Part shown: one piece after another, positions 37,293 to 46,941 of the stretch
Layout: each line of letters begins with the position of its first letter
Numbering within the stretch: the first letter of the stretch is position 1
Source of the DNA: Planctomycetota bacterium
Lineage (GTDB): Bacteria > Planctomycetota > JACQVV01 > JASMLP01
Assembly: GCA_030748635.1 (NCBI GenBank)
Contig: JASMLP010000001.1
Coordinates: 13,986 to 77,985, forward strand
Direction: 5' to 3'
Length of the DNA stretch: 64,000 bases
Program-made: the position numbers and the translations under genes
The notes under the pieces: generated by a model
Told to the model about the DNA's origin: nothing
What the model saw: the letters and a program-made list of their open reading frames with translations, nothing else
The model's database searches: none

Positions 37293-39044
37293 TTACCGGA
37301 TTACCCGGGCCCGAGGGGCCGGCCAAAAAGCCAGAAAAGCCCGACCGATAATGTTGGCTCGTGGAACCGTAACAATCGAGGGAACCTCTTGCGCCTGCGC
37401 GCGCTCCCGAGGTGTCAGTGATTGCCCCGATTGCAACCGGTGAATCCATCGACTCACACGAGGTACCAATGAAAAATGTTCCACTGGAGGCATCTCTTCT
37501 CGCCCCCGCCGACCGTAAACGGTAAACCGTTGATACTGCCCATCAAATCCGTACTGCCCAGCTTCGTACCAGACCTCTTCCCGCAAATGACCCTCTCGAT
37601 CCAGCTTGAATACTCGACCCAAAGCGTTGTCATAATCAGGAATAAGTTCTCCTTCCTTGCGCTGAAGCTCAGAAACTCGAAGCTTACGCCACGCCCCATC
37701 GATATCGTAGAAAATCCGGGCATTGTTTTCCCGTCGGACCGGGTTATTCACCGGATCGGTTTCCATATCCACAACTCCTAGCGGACGTGGATTCAACCCC
37801 GAAGTGTTCCGCACAAAGCGACGAATTTGCCACTTCCGACTATCCCTGGAATTGGGGCTATTGTCTCCCAAAACCAGATACTGTCCATCTGGAACCCGAT
37901 AACCGAAACCGTCAGCCAGAAGACTCTCGCTGGTGTAATGAATGTCACGATCCAGAGATAACCCCTTGAAGCGAGCCTCGGTCGAACGAACTCCAAACCA
38001 GACCGAACTGGATCGGGTCAAACGATACGAACTGGCGTAGTCCGGAGAGTGAATCAGTTCGCCCACGCGCTCTCCGTCCAGATCCACTCCGAACACCCCA
38101 TCAACCCACGAAAGAGCAACCTCGACGAAACGCCCAGGAGAAACCGTATTTGACAACATGATGGTTTGTACCGGTTTCAACTCATTTTCATTTCGCCCCT
38201 CGCGCACTTCCAGCAAGCCCGACCCCTCTCCATCGCCTAGCCGCAAGAAAAACTGCCGGGCCAGTCTTCCCGGAGCGCCCGAGTCTTCGGGAGCTTCGAG
38301 CGTCTCTTCGATAGCCGCCTCGAACACTCCCGAGGAGTTCAGCGACATCTCAAACCCCAGCTTCAAGTCAGAAACGTTGCGCAAGAGATAGGGAATGACC
38401 GGATTTTTCCCCTCACGCCAATAGTCATTGGTAATCCTCTTGGCAAACCGAACCTGGCTTCCTGGCGAAACGGATAACGCGTCGATCCGATCTTCCTCGA
38501 ATTGCCCACCGGTCCAGTACCGGGAGGGACTCCAGGTCGACTTCCCCCCAGACTCTTTGGAAAAACGTGGCGGATACACCGCGGTCCAGAGAGATCGTTG
38601 AGCGCGGTCCGTTTTACGAACCAGAGTCTCATCTGCGTAAACATTTCCTCGACGCAAACGAATATTTTCACCGGGGAGCCCGATCAGTCGCTTGATGAAG
38701 TTCCGGTTCCGATTCATCGGATACTTGAAAACGATGACATCCCACCGTTCCGGTTCTTTGACCAGATAAGCCAAACGATTGACGAGAATCCGATGCCCCT
38801 TGAGAGGATGAGGGTCTCCAATCAGAGTCGGCTCCATCGAACCGCTGGGGATTGTAAAAGTCTCGATGACAAAATTGCGTAAGACGAGGACGAGAACCAC
38901 GGCAAAAAATAGAGCTTCGAGATTTTCTCGTAACCATCCCCGAGATTTCTCTCCAGAAGAAGAGCTCGATTCGGAAGTGGAGGCGGACTCTTGACCCGAC
39001 TTTTCGGCCGACTTTTCGGTTTTGTCTTTTTTCTTTTGCGCCAT
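37293..39044 (-). CDS. lepB: Signal peptidase I (S26, LepB) paralogue with a ~380-aa insertion; tandem duplicate of 35814-37283
   Basis: Box B SGSMEPTL, box D FIKRLIGLPGENI, and box E GDNSPNSRDSRKW. Acidic/Ser-rich N-terminal tail. Confidence 0.8.
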   Translation of the reverse strand: MAQKKKDKTEKSAEKSGQESASTSESSSSSGEKSRGWLRENLEALFFAVVLVLVLRNFVIETFTIPSGSMEPTLIGDPHPLKGHRILVNRLAYLVKEPERWDVIVFKYPMNRNRNFIKRLIGLPGENIRLRRGNVYADETLVRKTDRAQRSLWTAVYPPRFSKESGGKSTWSPSRYWTGGQFEEDRIDALSVSPGSQVRFAKRITNDYWREGKNPVIPYLLRNVSDLKLGFEMSLNSSGVFEAAIEETLEAPEDSGAPGRLARQFFLRLGDGEGSGLLEVREGRNENELKPVQTIMLSNTVSPGRFVEVALSWVDGVFGVDLDGERVGELIHSPDYASSYRLTRSSSVWFGVRSTEARFKGLSLDRDIHYTSESLLADGFGYRVPDGQYLVLGDNSPNSRDSRKWQIRRFVRNTSGLNPRPLGVVDMETDPVNNPVRRENNARIFYDIDGAWRKLRVSELQRKEGELIPDYDNALGRVFKLDREGHLREEVWYEAGQYGFDGQYQRFTVYGRRGREEMPPVEHFSLVPRVSRWIHRLQSGQSLTPRERAQAQEVPSIVTVPRANIIGRAFLAFWPAPRARVIR

Positions 39045-39066
39045 GATCTTTCGTGAAGACGAAAGT

Positions 39067-40020
39067 CTACCTGAAGCGATCCCCCGGTGCGACCGATCGT
39101 CCCCTCAGAAACGACTCGACGCTCATATCCCTCTTCCCCGCCGGTTTCACCCGAAAAACCCGGAGAAAACCGGATCCTGTCGCGATGGACAAAGCTCCTC
39201 CCTCGGTGTCGAGCACTCTACCGACCTCTTCGGAGCGATTCACTTCACCCGAAGCTTCGCTTTCGGCCTCGAGAAAAATCAAACGCAAAGGTGAAGCCCC
39301 TTCCTGATGAAGTTCGGAAAAAGCCCCTGGCCATGGGGTCATCGCCCGGATATGCCGAACGAGGAAAGAGGCCTCCTCGCCCCACGGTATACGTCCCTGT
39401 GATTTGACCAATGTCCGACAGATAGTCGCCCGCTCCTCATCCTGATCCACCCAGGAAAGCGAGTTCATTTCGAAACGCGGCAAACATTCCGCCAGAAGCT
39501 TTCCACCCAGCTCTGCCAATCGGCTCTCCAGTTCACCGGCATTTTCTTTTTGGGCGATTGCCACTTTTTGCTGCGCGAGCATCGGCCCCGCATCCAGCCG
39601 ACGGACCAAACGAAAAACCGTAACCCCCGTCGACTCCTCTCCCGCGAGAATAGCTGCCTGAATGGGAGAAGCACCCCGATGAGCCGGCAAGAGGGAGAAG
39701 TGCAGATTGATCGCCCCGTGAACAGGTACATTCAGAAATGCGTCGGTAAAGATCTGCCCGTAAGCCACAACGACCAGCAGATCGGGAGCCAGGGTCGTCC
39801 ATGTATCCTGAAAAGCTGGATCGGAAGCCTTTTCCGGCTTGAGAAGAGGAATCCCCAGCTCCTCGGCTCGAATCGCGACCGCAGAGGGGACCAGATGACG
39901 CCCCCGCCCTCGTCGCCGGTCGGGTTGAGTCAAAACGGCCAAAGGCGAGTATCCCGCCGAACAGAGGGCATCAAGAGAGGGAACCGCGCTCTGTGGAGTT
40001 CCGGCAAAAACGATCTTCAT
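39067..40020 (-). CDS. fmt: Methionyl-tRNA formyltransferase
   Basis: IVFAGTP N-terminus, and INLHFSLLPAHRGASPIQAAIL with the formyltransferase catalytic His/Asp region. Confidence 0.9.
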   Translation of the reverse strand: MKIVFAGTPQSAVPSLDALCSAGYSPLAVLTQPDRRRGRGRHLVPSAVAIRAEELGIPLLKPEKASDPAFQDTWTTLAPDLLVVVAYGQIFTDAFLNVPVHGAINLHFSLLPAHRGASPIQAAILAGEESTGVTVFRLVRRLDAGPMLAQQKVAIAQKENAGELESRLAELGGKLLAECLPRFEMNSLSWVDQDEERATICRTLVKSQGRIPWGEEASFLVRHIRAMTPWPGAFSELHQEGASPLRLIFLEAESEASGEVNRSEEVGRVLDTEGGALSIATGSGFLRVFRVKPAGKRDMSVESFLRGRSVAPGDRFR

Positions 40021-41096
40021 GTCCAGAGACCATAAGCCCGTGAAACCTCATCACCAGCAAATTCGACCGCTGCTGTGCCGTCAGCCACAAGACGAGCACG
40101 TTCTTCCCAGGTACGCCCAACTCGTTCCGAAAGGGTCATATGAGCGGTCGCGATTTCACTGTTGGCGCACCAAAGACGCCGACCATCCGGATCCCGATAT
40201 TCCACCAGGACCGTATCCTCCTTCTTGGCTCGGAAGCATCCCTCCAGGCGATGGGTACGAGACCGAGCGCAGAATTCCCACTCCGGTAGAGGTCCCGGTC
40301 GACCCCGATTCCGAAGCGCGCTATACCAAGTATTGAAAGCATACTGTTTCTCATCGAGACGGAGGAAAGACGCGCTCAGAGGCCACGACCGAAACGGTCC
40401 AAAAGCGACCTGCCCGGTCAATCCCTCGAAAACCCCGACTCCACCATCCGTAAAATGATTCACATGCCCCCAGGTCCATTTCCACGCATGACAAGTCCCC
40501 CACAGATGCGTCTGACCTCCTGGGACCTCTCTCAACTCCACCCTTTGATCTCCGATCCGCAAAAAACCGCTAATCTGGAGGTCAAGATGTGGAGACAACA
40601 CCTTGGTTCGAGGGAAAAAACCGCGATACAACGATGGAGGGAGATGCAGAAAGGGGTGAGTAGAATCCGTTCCCCACTCCAACTCCCACTGAACCGGAGG
40701 CCCTCCCTCCGGCTCCAGGTTTCCGGCGGTTCCACTCATCGTCAACTCGGAATCGCTGATCTTGACCCGAAAGGGATTGTCCTCGAACGAAAAAGCCTCC
40801 AGAGGATAATCGGCCTTCCAGGATCCGGTTCTTGTCGGATCCCGCCGATCAAAAAAACTACACCAGACGCTGACCTTCGGTTCATCTTTACGATTCGAGT
40901 CAGAGGGTATATCCATCGTAAAACGGATCCACGCTCCCTGCCCGGAATCCGGATCCACCCAGGTCAAATACCAGACCTCATAATGACCTTTCCGAGGGTC
41001 GTAGCAAGGCCAGGCCGGACGATTCATTCCCTCTGAATCGAGATCGCCTTTTTGGGCTATATGAGCCGGATGTACAGACACTCTATCTCCGCTCAC
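40017..41096 (-). CDS. Hypothetical protein (Trp-rich, beta-rich), unknown function
   Basis: Long ORF embedded in the operon and 4-nt overlapped with fmt. No motif recognised. Confidence 0.5.
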   Translation of the reverse strand: MSGDRVSVHPAHIAQKGDLDSEGMNRPAWPCYDPRKGHYEVWYLTWVDPDSGQGAWIRFTMDIPSDSNRKDEPKVSVWCSFFDRRDPTRTGSWKADYPLEAFSFEDNPFRVKISDSELTMSGTAGNLEPEGGPPVQWELEWGTDSTHPFLHLPPSLYRGFFPRTKVLSPHLDLQISGFLRIGDQRVELREVPGGQTHLWGTCHAWKWTWGHVNHFTDGGVGVFEGLTGQVAFGPFRSWPLSASFLRLDEKQYAFNTWYSALRNRGRPGPLPEWEFCARSRTHRLEGCFRAKKEDTVLVEYRDPDGRRLWCANSEIATAHMTLSERVGRTWEERARLVADGTAAVEFAGDEVSRAYGLWT

Positions 41097-41107
41097 AATG
41101 ACCTCGG

Positions 41108-42307
41108 TTACACGGACCGAGCCGGATCACAAAGGTCGAGAAAGGTCGTGTCTCCTTCTGGAATGGTTTCCCCTCCCCGAGCACAGGCGAGGTAAACCTT
41201 GGCGCCAGAATGTTTCGGGTCGATCGACAAAGCTCGATCAAAGTCAGCGATCGCGGCATCAAAACTCCCCGACTTGAGGAGAGCGATACCCTGAAAAAAG
41301 TAATTATCCGGATTACCTCGATCTCGACCGTGGGCCCGAGCCGCGAGAGAAATCGCCTCTTCAGCGTTTCCCAGGACAATCTGAATCGCGGTAAGACAAC
41401 GAAGCAAAACAGCATCTTGCTCCTCCGGAGATTCCTGAGAAAGCAACTGATAAGCTTCCTCAAAGTTTCGATTGGAAAGCTCCTGAAGCCCCCGAGCACG
41501 CCTGGACATTTCCCCCGCGGAGCTTTCACCAGCTCCGGAAAGACCGGTCATTTCGAAGTGCTCACCCAGATAGATTTTGCGAACCCTCTGATCCGCGATG
41601 AGAACTTCCGGCGGGCCCTGAACCAAAATATTCCCCGCATTGATAATGTAGCTTCGCTCGGTGACCTGAAGAGTTTCTCTCACACTGTGATCGGTGAGCA
41701 AAATCCCGATCCCTCGGTCTTTCAACCGACGCAAAATCTGCTGGATATCAGCAACAACAATCGGATCAATTCCAGCGAAGGGCTCATCCAGCATGATAAT
41801 TCGAGGTTGAGAAACCATGGCCCGAGTAATTTCCAGACGTCGAGTCTCCCCCCCGGAAAGATCCTGCGCCTTGCTCCGAGCCAGATGACTGAGATCCAAC
41901 TCGTCAAGGAGTTCACCGAGTCGCTTCATCCGCACCGGACGGGATAATCCCTGTGTCTCCAGAATGGCCAGGATGTTATCCCGAACCGTGAGCCGCCCGA
42001 AAACACACCGCTCTTGAGGCAAATACCCAATCCCCATTCGGGCCCGACGGTACATCGGTTCACTCTGGATTGTGCGCCCATCGAAACAGACTTCACCTCC
42101 ATTGGGCTCAACCAGTCCTACAGTCATTCGAAAGGTCGTCGTTTTTCCAGCACCATTGGGCCCCAGAAGACCCACGATTTCTCCTTCGGCAACCTCCAGA
42201 CTCACCCCATCCACAACACGACGTTTGCCGTAAATCTTGACCAGTTCTTTACATTCAAGCATGACTCCACCCAACCTCCAACCAGAGATGGAGACCCTTT
42301 TTCCCAC
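41108..42307 (-). CDS. lptB: LptB-like ABC ATP-binding protein fused to a C-terminal TPR extension; likely start at 42262 (MLECKELVKIY)
   Basis: GPNGAGKTTTF, LSGGETRRLEITRAM (LptB-type signature), DEPFAGIDP and DHSV. The last ~150 aa contain TPR-like repeats. Confidence 0.7.
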   Translation of the reverse strand: MGKRVSISGWRLGGVMLECKELVKIYGKRRVVDGVSLEVAEGEIVGLLGPNGAGKTTTFRMTVGLVEPNGGEVCFDGRTIQSEPMYRRARMGIGYLPQERCVFGRLTVRDNILAILETQGLSRPVRMKRLGELLDELDLSHLARSKAQDLSGGETRRLEITRAMVSQPRIIMLDEPFAGIDPIVVADIQQILRRLKDRGIGILLTDHSVRETLQVTERSYIINAGNILVQGPPEVLIADQRVRKIYLGEHFEMTGLSGAGESSAGEMSRRARGLQELSNRNFEEAYQLLSQESPEEQDAVLLRCLTAIQIVLGNAEEAISLAARAHGRDRGNPDNYFFQGIALLKSGSFDAAIADFDRALSIDPKHSGAKVYLACARGGETIPEGDTTFLDLCDPARSV

Positions 42308-42346
42308 CCGGAACCGATCGCCGCCTCGTCTGACTGCCTCGATCCG

Positions 42347-44140
42347 TCATGAATCCTCACCCGAAAGAACAGCCAGAAAAGCTTCCTGAGGAATCGACAC
42401 CCTCCCTATAGACTTCATGCGTCTCTTACCTTCTTTTTGCTTTTCCATGAGCTTGCGCTTACGACTCACGTCACCACCATAACATTTAGCGACAACATTC
42501 TTCGAAAGAGCCCGAATATTCTCACGAGCCACGATTTTCCCACCGATCGCGGCCTGGATCGCAATCTGAAAGAGATGCCTGGGAATCTGCTCACGCAGCG
42601 CCTTGAGAATCGTCCTTCCCTTACGATCCGCCTTTTCCCGGTGGACGATAATCGAAAGTGCGTCGACCTCATCACCCGCGACCAGTATGCGAAGCTTGAC
42701 CAGATCAGAAGCCCGGTACCCGATGAGTTCATAGTCCATCGTTCCGTATCCGCTAGTAAGCGACTTCAGGCGATCGAAAAAATCGTAAAGGATCTCGGCC
42801 AGAGGCACTTCATACCGAAGAAGCACCCTCTCCGGAGAAAGATACTCTGTTGAACGATACTCCCCTCTTCGGGTTTCCAGCAGTTTCATCAACCCCCCGA
42901 TATCCTTGGATGGCAAGATCAACGAGAGATTGACAAAAGGTTCGGTGAATTCTTGAATCTGGTGTGTATCGGGAAGATCTGCTGGACGATGGACCACCAC
43001 TTTCTCCCCGGAGCGAAGAACCACCTTGTATGTGACATTCGGAGCCGTCTGGACCAACTCAAGATTCGACTCTCTCTCCAGGCGCTCTTGAACGATTTCC
43101 ATATGCAGCAATCCGAGAAAGCCGCATCGAAAGCCGAACCCGAGGGCCGGAGAAGATTCGGGCTGAAAACTAAAACTGCTATCGTTCAGACTGAGTTTTT
43201 CCAGGGCCCCCCGTAAAGAATGAAACTCGGTCCCTTGAGCGGGGTAGAGACCACAAAAAACCATGGGCTTCGGTTCGATGTAACCTGGCAACGATTCCAC
43301 CGTTTCATGTCGATCGTGACGAGTAATCGTATCACCGACAATGACATCCTTGATTGTCTTGATCCCGGCAATACAGTAACCCACCTCCCCGGCTCCAAGC
43401 TTGTCCGTGGACACCATATCGGGGCGAAACTTTCCGATCTCCACAACATCCCAGCTACTGCGAGTACCGATCATTCGGATGCGATCCCCTTTGCGAAGAA
43501 CTCCATCGACAATTCTCACATAGACAATGACTCCTCTAAATTCGTCGTATTCCGAATCGAAGATCAGCGCGCGTAGGGGGGAATCCTCTCCCTTCGGAGG
43601 CGGAACACGCCGAACGACATGTTCGATCAACTTCTCGCACCCTAGCCCAGTCTTGGCGCTAATCGAATGGACCTCATCCGGATCAAATCCGAGACTCTGC
43701 TCGAGTTCGGTCAACACCTGATCCACCTGAGCTGTTGGCAGATCGATCTTGTTCAACACCGGAATGATTTCCAGTTCGGCCTCCATGGCCAGATACACAT
43801 TGGTCATTGTCTGAGCCTGAATCCCCTGAGCGGCATCAACCACCAGAAGGGCGCCTTCACAGGCCGAAAGGCTTCTGCTGACCTCATAGCTAAAGTCGAC
43901 GTGGCCAGGAGTATCGATCAGATTCAGCTGATAAACCTCCCCCTCGATCGCAACCTCGATCTCCACCGCTTTGGCCTTGATCGTAATTCCACGCTCACGC
44001 TCCAGATCCATATCGTCGAGCATCTGATTCCGAAGCTTCCTCGGATCGACGAATCCGGACATTTCGAGCAAACGATCGGCCAGGGTACTTTTCCCGTGGT
44101 CGATGTGAGCGATGATGCAAAAGTTTCTGATCGATTCCAT
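42347..44140 (-). CDS. lepA: Elongation factor 4 (LepA)
   Basis: IRNFCIIAHIDHGKST, and the LepA-specific C-terminal domain (GGDVSRKRKLMEKQKEGKRRMK). Confidence 0.95.
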   Translation of the reverse strand: MESIRNFCIIAHIDHGKSTLADRLLEMSGFVDPRKLRNQMLDDMDLERERGITIKAKAVEIEVAIEGEVYQLNLIDTPGHVDFSYEVSRSLSACEGALLVVDAAQGIQAQTMTNVYLAMEAELEIIPVLNKIDLPTAQVDQVLTELEQSLGFDPDEVHSISAKTGLGCEKLIEHVVRRVPPPKGEDSPLRALIFDSEYDEFRGVIVYVRIVDGVLRKGDRIRMIGTRSSWDVVEIGKFRPDMVSTDKLGAGEVGYCIAGIKTIKDVIVGDTITRHDRHETVESLPGYIEPKPMVFCGLYPAQGTEFHSLRGALEKLSLNDSSFSFQPESSPALGFGFRCGFLGLLHMEIVQERLERESNLELVQTAPNVTYKVVLRSGEKVVVHRPADLPDTHQIQEFTEPFVNLSLILPSKDIGGLMKLLETRRGEYRSTEYLSPERVLLRYEVPLAEILYDFFDRLKSLTSGYGTMDYELIGYRASDLVKLRILVAGDEVDALSIIVHREKADRKGRTILKALREQIPRHLFQIAIQAAIGGKIVARENIRALSKNVVAKCYGGDVSRKRKLMEKQKEGKRRMKSIGRVSIPQEAFLAVLSGEDS

Positions 44141-44251
44141 GCGTGTCGAATTGTACGAACTGTCGGGGGCCGGGTCGATGGACCATAAATTCCCCGACCG
44201 ACCCAGAACTACTTTACGGCCTCAAACGTCAAGACTGAAGGTCATCCAGAA

Positions 44252-44285
44252 CAAAAAAAGGGCCCCGGAAATTCTTCCGAGACCC
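44252..44285 (-). terminator. Weak hairpin plus T7 run on the minus strand downstream of the HU gene
   Basis: The minus strand reads CGGAAgaatTTCCGgggcccTTTTTTTg. Short stem, so low stability. Confidence 0.3.
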
Positions 44286-44324
44286 TGAATTTCTTGGCGA
44301 AAACTCGCGCAAACAAAAAAGATG

Positions 44325-44603
44325 TTATTGCACCGAGCCACTCAACGCCTTGGCCGCCTTGAAAGCAACCACCTTGTGAGCCGGAACGGTAATCGGCTCG
44401 CGAGTCTTGGGGTTGATACAGTTACGAGCCGAACGCAAACGCACTTCGAAGGTTCCAAAGCCGTTGATCCGGATCTTTTCTTCTCCGGATGCTAGACTCG
44501 ACTGGATGGCTCCAAGCACTGCTGTCAAAGCAGTTTCCGCCGTTGCCTTCGAAAAGTCTGAATTTGTCCGAACGATCTGTTCTACTAGTTCCGCCTTCGT
44601 CAT
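44325..44603 (-). CDS. HU/IHF-family nucleoid-associated DNA-binding protein; ORF opens at 44696 but the conserved start is MTKAELVEQI
   Basis: MTKAELVE...GFGTFEVRLRSARNCINPKTREPITVPAHKVVAFKAAKAL matches the HU fold including the arm region. Confidence 0.85.
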   Translation of the reverse strand: MTKAELVEQIVRTNSDFSKATAETALTAVLGAIQSSLASGEEKIRINGFGTFEVRLRSARNCINPKTREPITVPAHKVVAFKAAKALSGSVQ

Positions 44604-44752
44604 ACCTTCTTTCTCCTTCCTTAACAGGATGTGATGTCCTTGATTTCGATGGCCGTGAACCATCGTTTTCCCGTCCTCCGGGCTGGTCATCCACAAAGGA
44701 TGACCCTCAAGACTTCATCATGTAGGTACCCCAGGAATCGGGGTGAGTCAAA

Positions 44753-46927
44753 TTGAAGGCAGACATTTTCCCCCGACCTTACGTCTTCTTGGCCCACCTG
44801 AAGACCCCATCCGCGATGTGGTATCCTGACTTCATGGGAAAACAAACCCACTCCACTCCTGTCCCCTCTCAGAATCCCCAATCCAGTCGAGAACACCTTG
44901 AACTGGTCATAGATCACGCTCCCATCGCCCTCTTCTCGATCGACAACCAGGGCATCATCACCGGAGCCGAAGGAGCGGGCCTAGCCCCTTTGGGAATGAC
45001 CCCGGAGGAACTCAAAGGGCAATCCGTCTGGAAACTCTACGAACACTCTCCCCAGATCCTCGAGAATATTCGCCGAACACTCGCTGGAGAATCTTTCGTC
45101 GAAAAAGTTCAAATCAAACATGGACCCGGTGCCGGCCAGCATTACCTGACCCGATACACTCCCCAACGCAACCAGCATGGGGAAGTCGAAAGCATCGTCG
45201 GTGTTGCCCTGAACATCAGTTCGTTCCAGGAAGTTAAGAAAGAACTCACCCAAAGCAACCAACAGTACCAACTCCTCTTCGACAACATCCCCACTCCCAT
45301 GTGGATCTGTGAACTGAATTCTTTTTCGATTCTAGCGGTCAATCAATCCGCCCTCGACACTTACGGCTATACCCGAGAAGAATTCCTGAATATGAATTTT
45401 CTCGATCTCCATCCACAGGAAGATTGGGCCCTGATCGAGGAGCAACTTCTACAGGCCACGGATCAGTTTGGAAAAAGCCTTCCCTGGAAACATCGCCGTG
45501 AAGATGGTTCTTTCATCGATATCGAAATTACCGCTGGATCGACGAAACACAACCTCCAGCGAGCGCGCATCATCATGGGGATCGACACCACCGAACAACT
45601 CCGCGCTCAACGCAAAGCGTGGTATCACTCCTATCACGACATCTTGACCGGTCTTCCAAACCGAACACTCTTTGTCGACCGCTTGCAAATTGCCCTTGCG
45701 CGAGCCACTCGACACGAAGAGCAATTGGCTGTTCTTTTCCTCGATCTGGATCGATTCAAAAACATCAACGACACTCTCGGTCATGCGGTAGGAGATGACC
45801 TATTGAGAGTCATTTCCAGTCGTGTCAGCGACGCGCTCCGAGAAGACGACACGGTGGCCCGCTTAGGGGGTGACGACTTCATGATCCTTATCTCCGAACT
45901 CGAACAAGTTGAAGACGCTGTGTCCGTCGGAGAGAAGTTACTCGAAGTCATATCCGAGCCCTGCACCCTCGAGGGACGAGAACTTCGAGTCACTGGAACT
46001 GTGGGCATTGCCATTTTCCCCAACGATGGAATCGAACCCGAAACACTCATGAAAAAAGCCGATACCGCGATGAATCGGGGGAAAGAGCAGGGACGAGGCA
46101 ACGTCCAACTCTACACGCTCGGCATGAATGTTCGAGCCTTCGAACACCTGGTGATGGAAAACAGTTTGCATCGAGCCATCGAAAAGGATCAGTTGATACT
46201 CCACTATCAACCCCAGATAGAGGTCCAATCAGGCCGCATTATCGGTGTTGAAGCTCTTGTCCGCTGGGCCCATCCTGAACTGGGTATCATCCCCCCCTTG
46301 AAATTTATCCCCGTAGCCGAAGAAACCGGACAGATCGTCCTGATCGGGGAGTGGATTCTCCGAGAAGCGTGCAAACGTTTCCGGGCCTGGCAAAAAATCG
46401 GCATCCAACCCCGAAGAATCGGCGTCAATCTATCCGCCAGGCAATTTCATGCATCTAATCTCGTAAGCCGCATCGTACATTGCCTCGATGAAAACCGGTT
46501 GGATCCGAAGTGCCTGGGACTGGAAATCACAGAAACCACTGCGATGCAGGATGCCGATTACACCCGGAATATACTTCGTGAACTAGCCGACATGGGCATT
46601 CACCTATCCATTGACGACTTTGGCACCGGATACTCATCCCTCTCCTATCTCAAGAAGTTCCCCATCCACTCGCTGAAAATCGATCAATCCTTCGTCCGGG
46701 ACCTCCATAATGACCCCAACGATGCTGCCATCGCGACCGCAATCATCGCTCTCGCGAAAAGCCTCGACCTGAAAGTGTTTGCCGAAGGTGTTTCGACCGC
46801 AGAACAGTTCGAGTATCTGAAAATAGCAGGATGCAATTTCATGCAAGGCAATCTGTTCAGCGAGCCCCTCTCGACCGAAACCGTCGAGGCTCTACTCAGT
46901 AGCGGCAAGAAATCCTGGATCCCCTGA
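44753..46927 (+). CDS. PAS-PAS-GGDEF-EAL signalling protein. The GGDEF motif is degenerate (GGDDF) and the EAL domain is intact, so it is probably a c-di-GMP phosphodiesterase
   Basis: GGDDF in place of GG[DE]EF. EAL motifs EALVRW, DDFGTGYSSL and KIDQSFV are present. The start could be an internal Met (44816 or 44834). Confidence 0.8.
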   Translation: MKADIFPRPYVFLAHLKTPSAMWYPDFMGKQTHSTPVPSQNPQSSREHLELVIDHAPIALFSIDNQGIITGAEGAGLAPLGMTPEELKGQSVWKLYEHSPQILENIRRTLAGESFVEKVQIKHGPGAGQHYLTRYTPQRNQHGEVESIVGVALNISSFQEVKKELTQSNQQYQLLFDNIPTPMWICELNSFSILAVNQSALDTYGYTREEFLNMNFLDLHPQEDWALIEEQLLQATDQFGKSLPWKHRREDGSFIDIEITAGSTKHNLQRARIIMGIDTTEQLRAQRKAWYHSYHDILTGLPNRTLFVDRLQIALARATRHEEQLAVLFLDLDRFKNINDTLGHAVGDDLLRVISSRVSDALREDDTVARLGGDDFMILISELEQVEDAVSVGEKLLEVISEPCTLEGRELRVTGTVGIAIFPNDGIEPETLMKKADTAMNRGKEQGRGNVQLYTLGMNVRAFEHLVMENSLHRAIEKDQLILHYQPQIEVQSGRIIGVEALVRWAHPELGIIPPLKFIPVAEETGQIVLIGEWILREACKRFRAWQKIGIQPRRIGVNLSARQFHASNLVSRIVHCLDENRLDPKCLGLEITETTAMQDADYTRNILRELADMGIHLSIDDFGTGYSSLSYLKKFPIHSLKIDQSFVRDLHNDPNDAAIATAIIALAKSLDLKVFAEGVSTAEQFEYLKIAGCNFMQGNLFSEPLSTETVEALLSSGKKSWIP

Positions 46928-46941
46928 CACGAATTCTCCCC

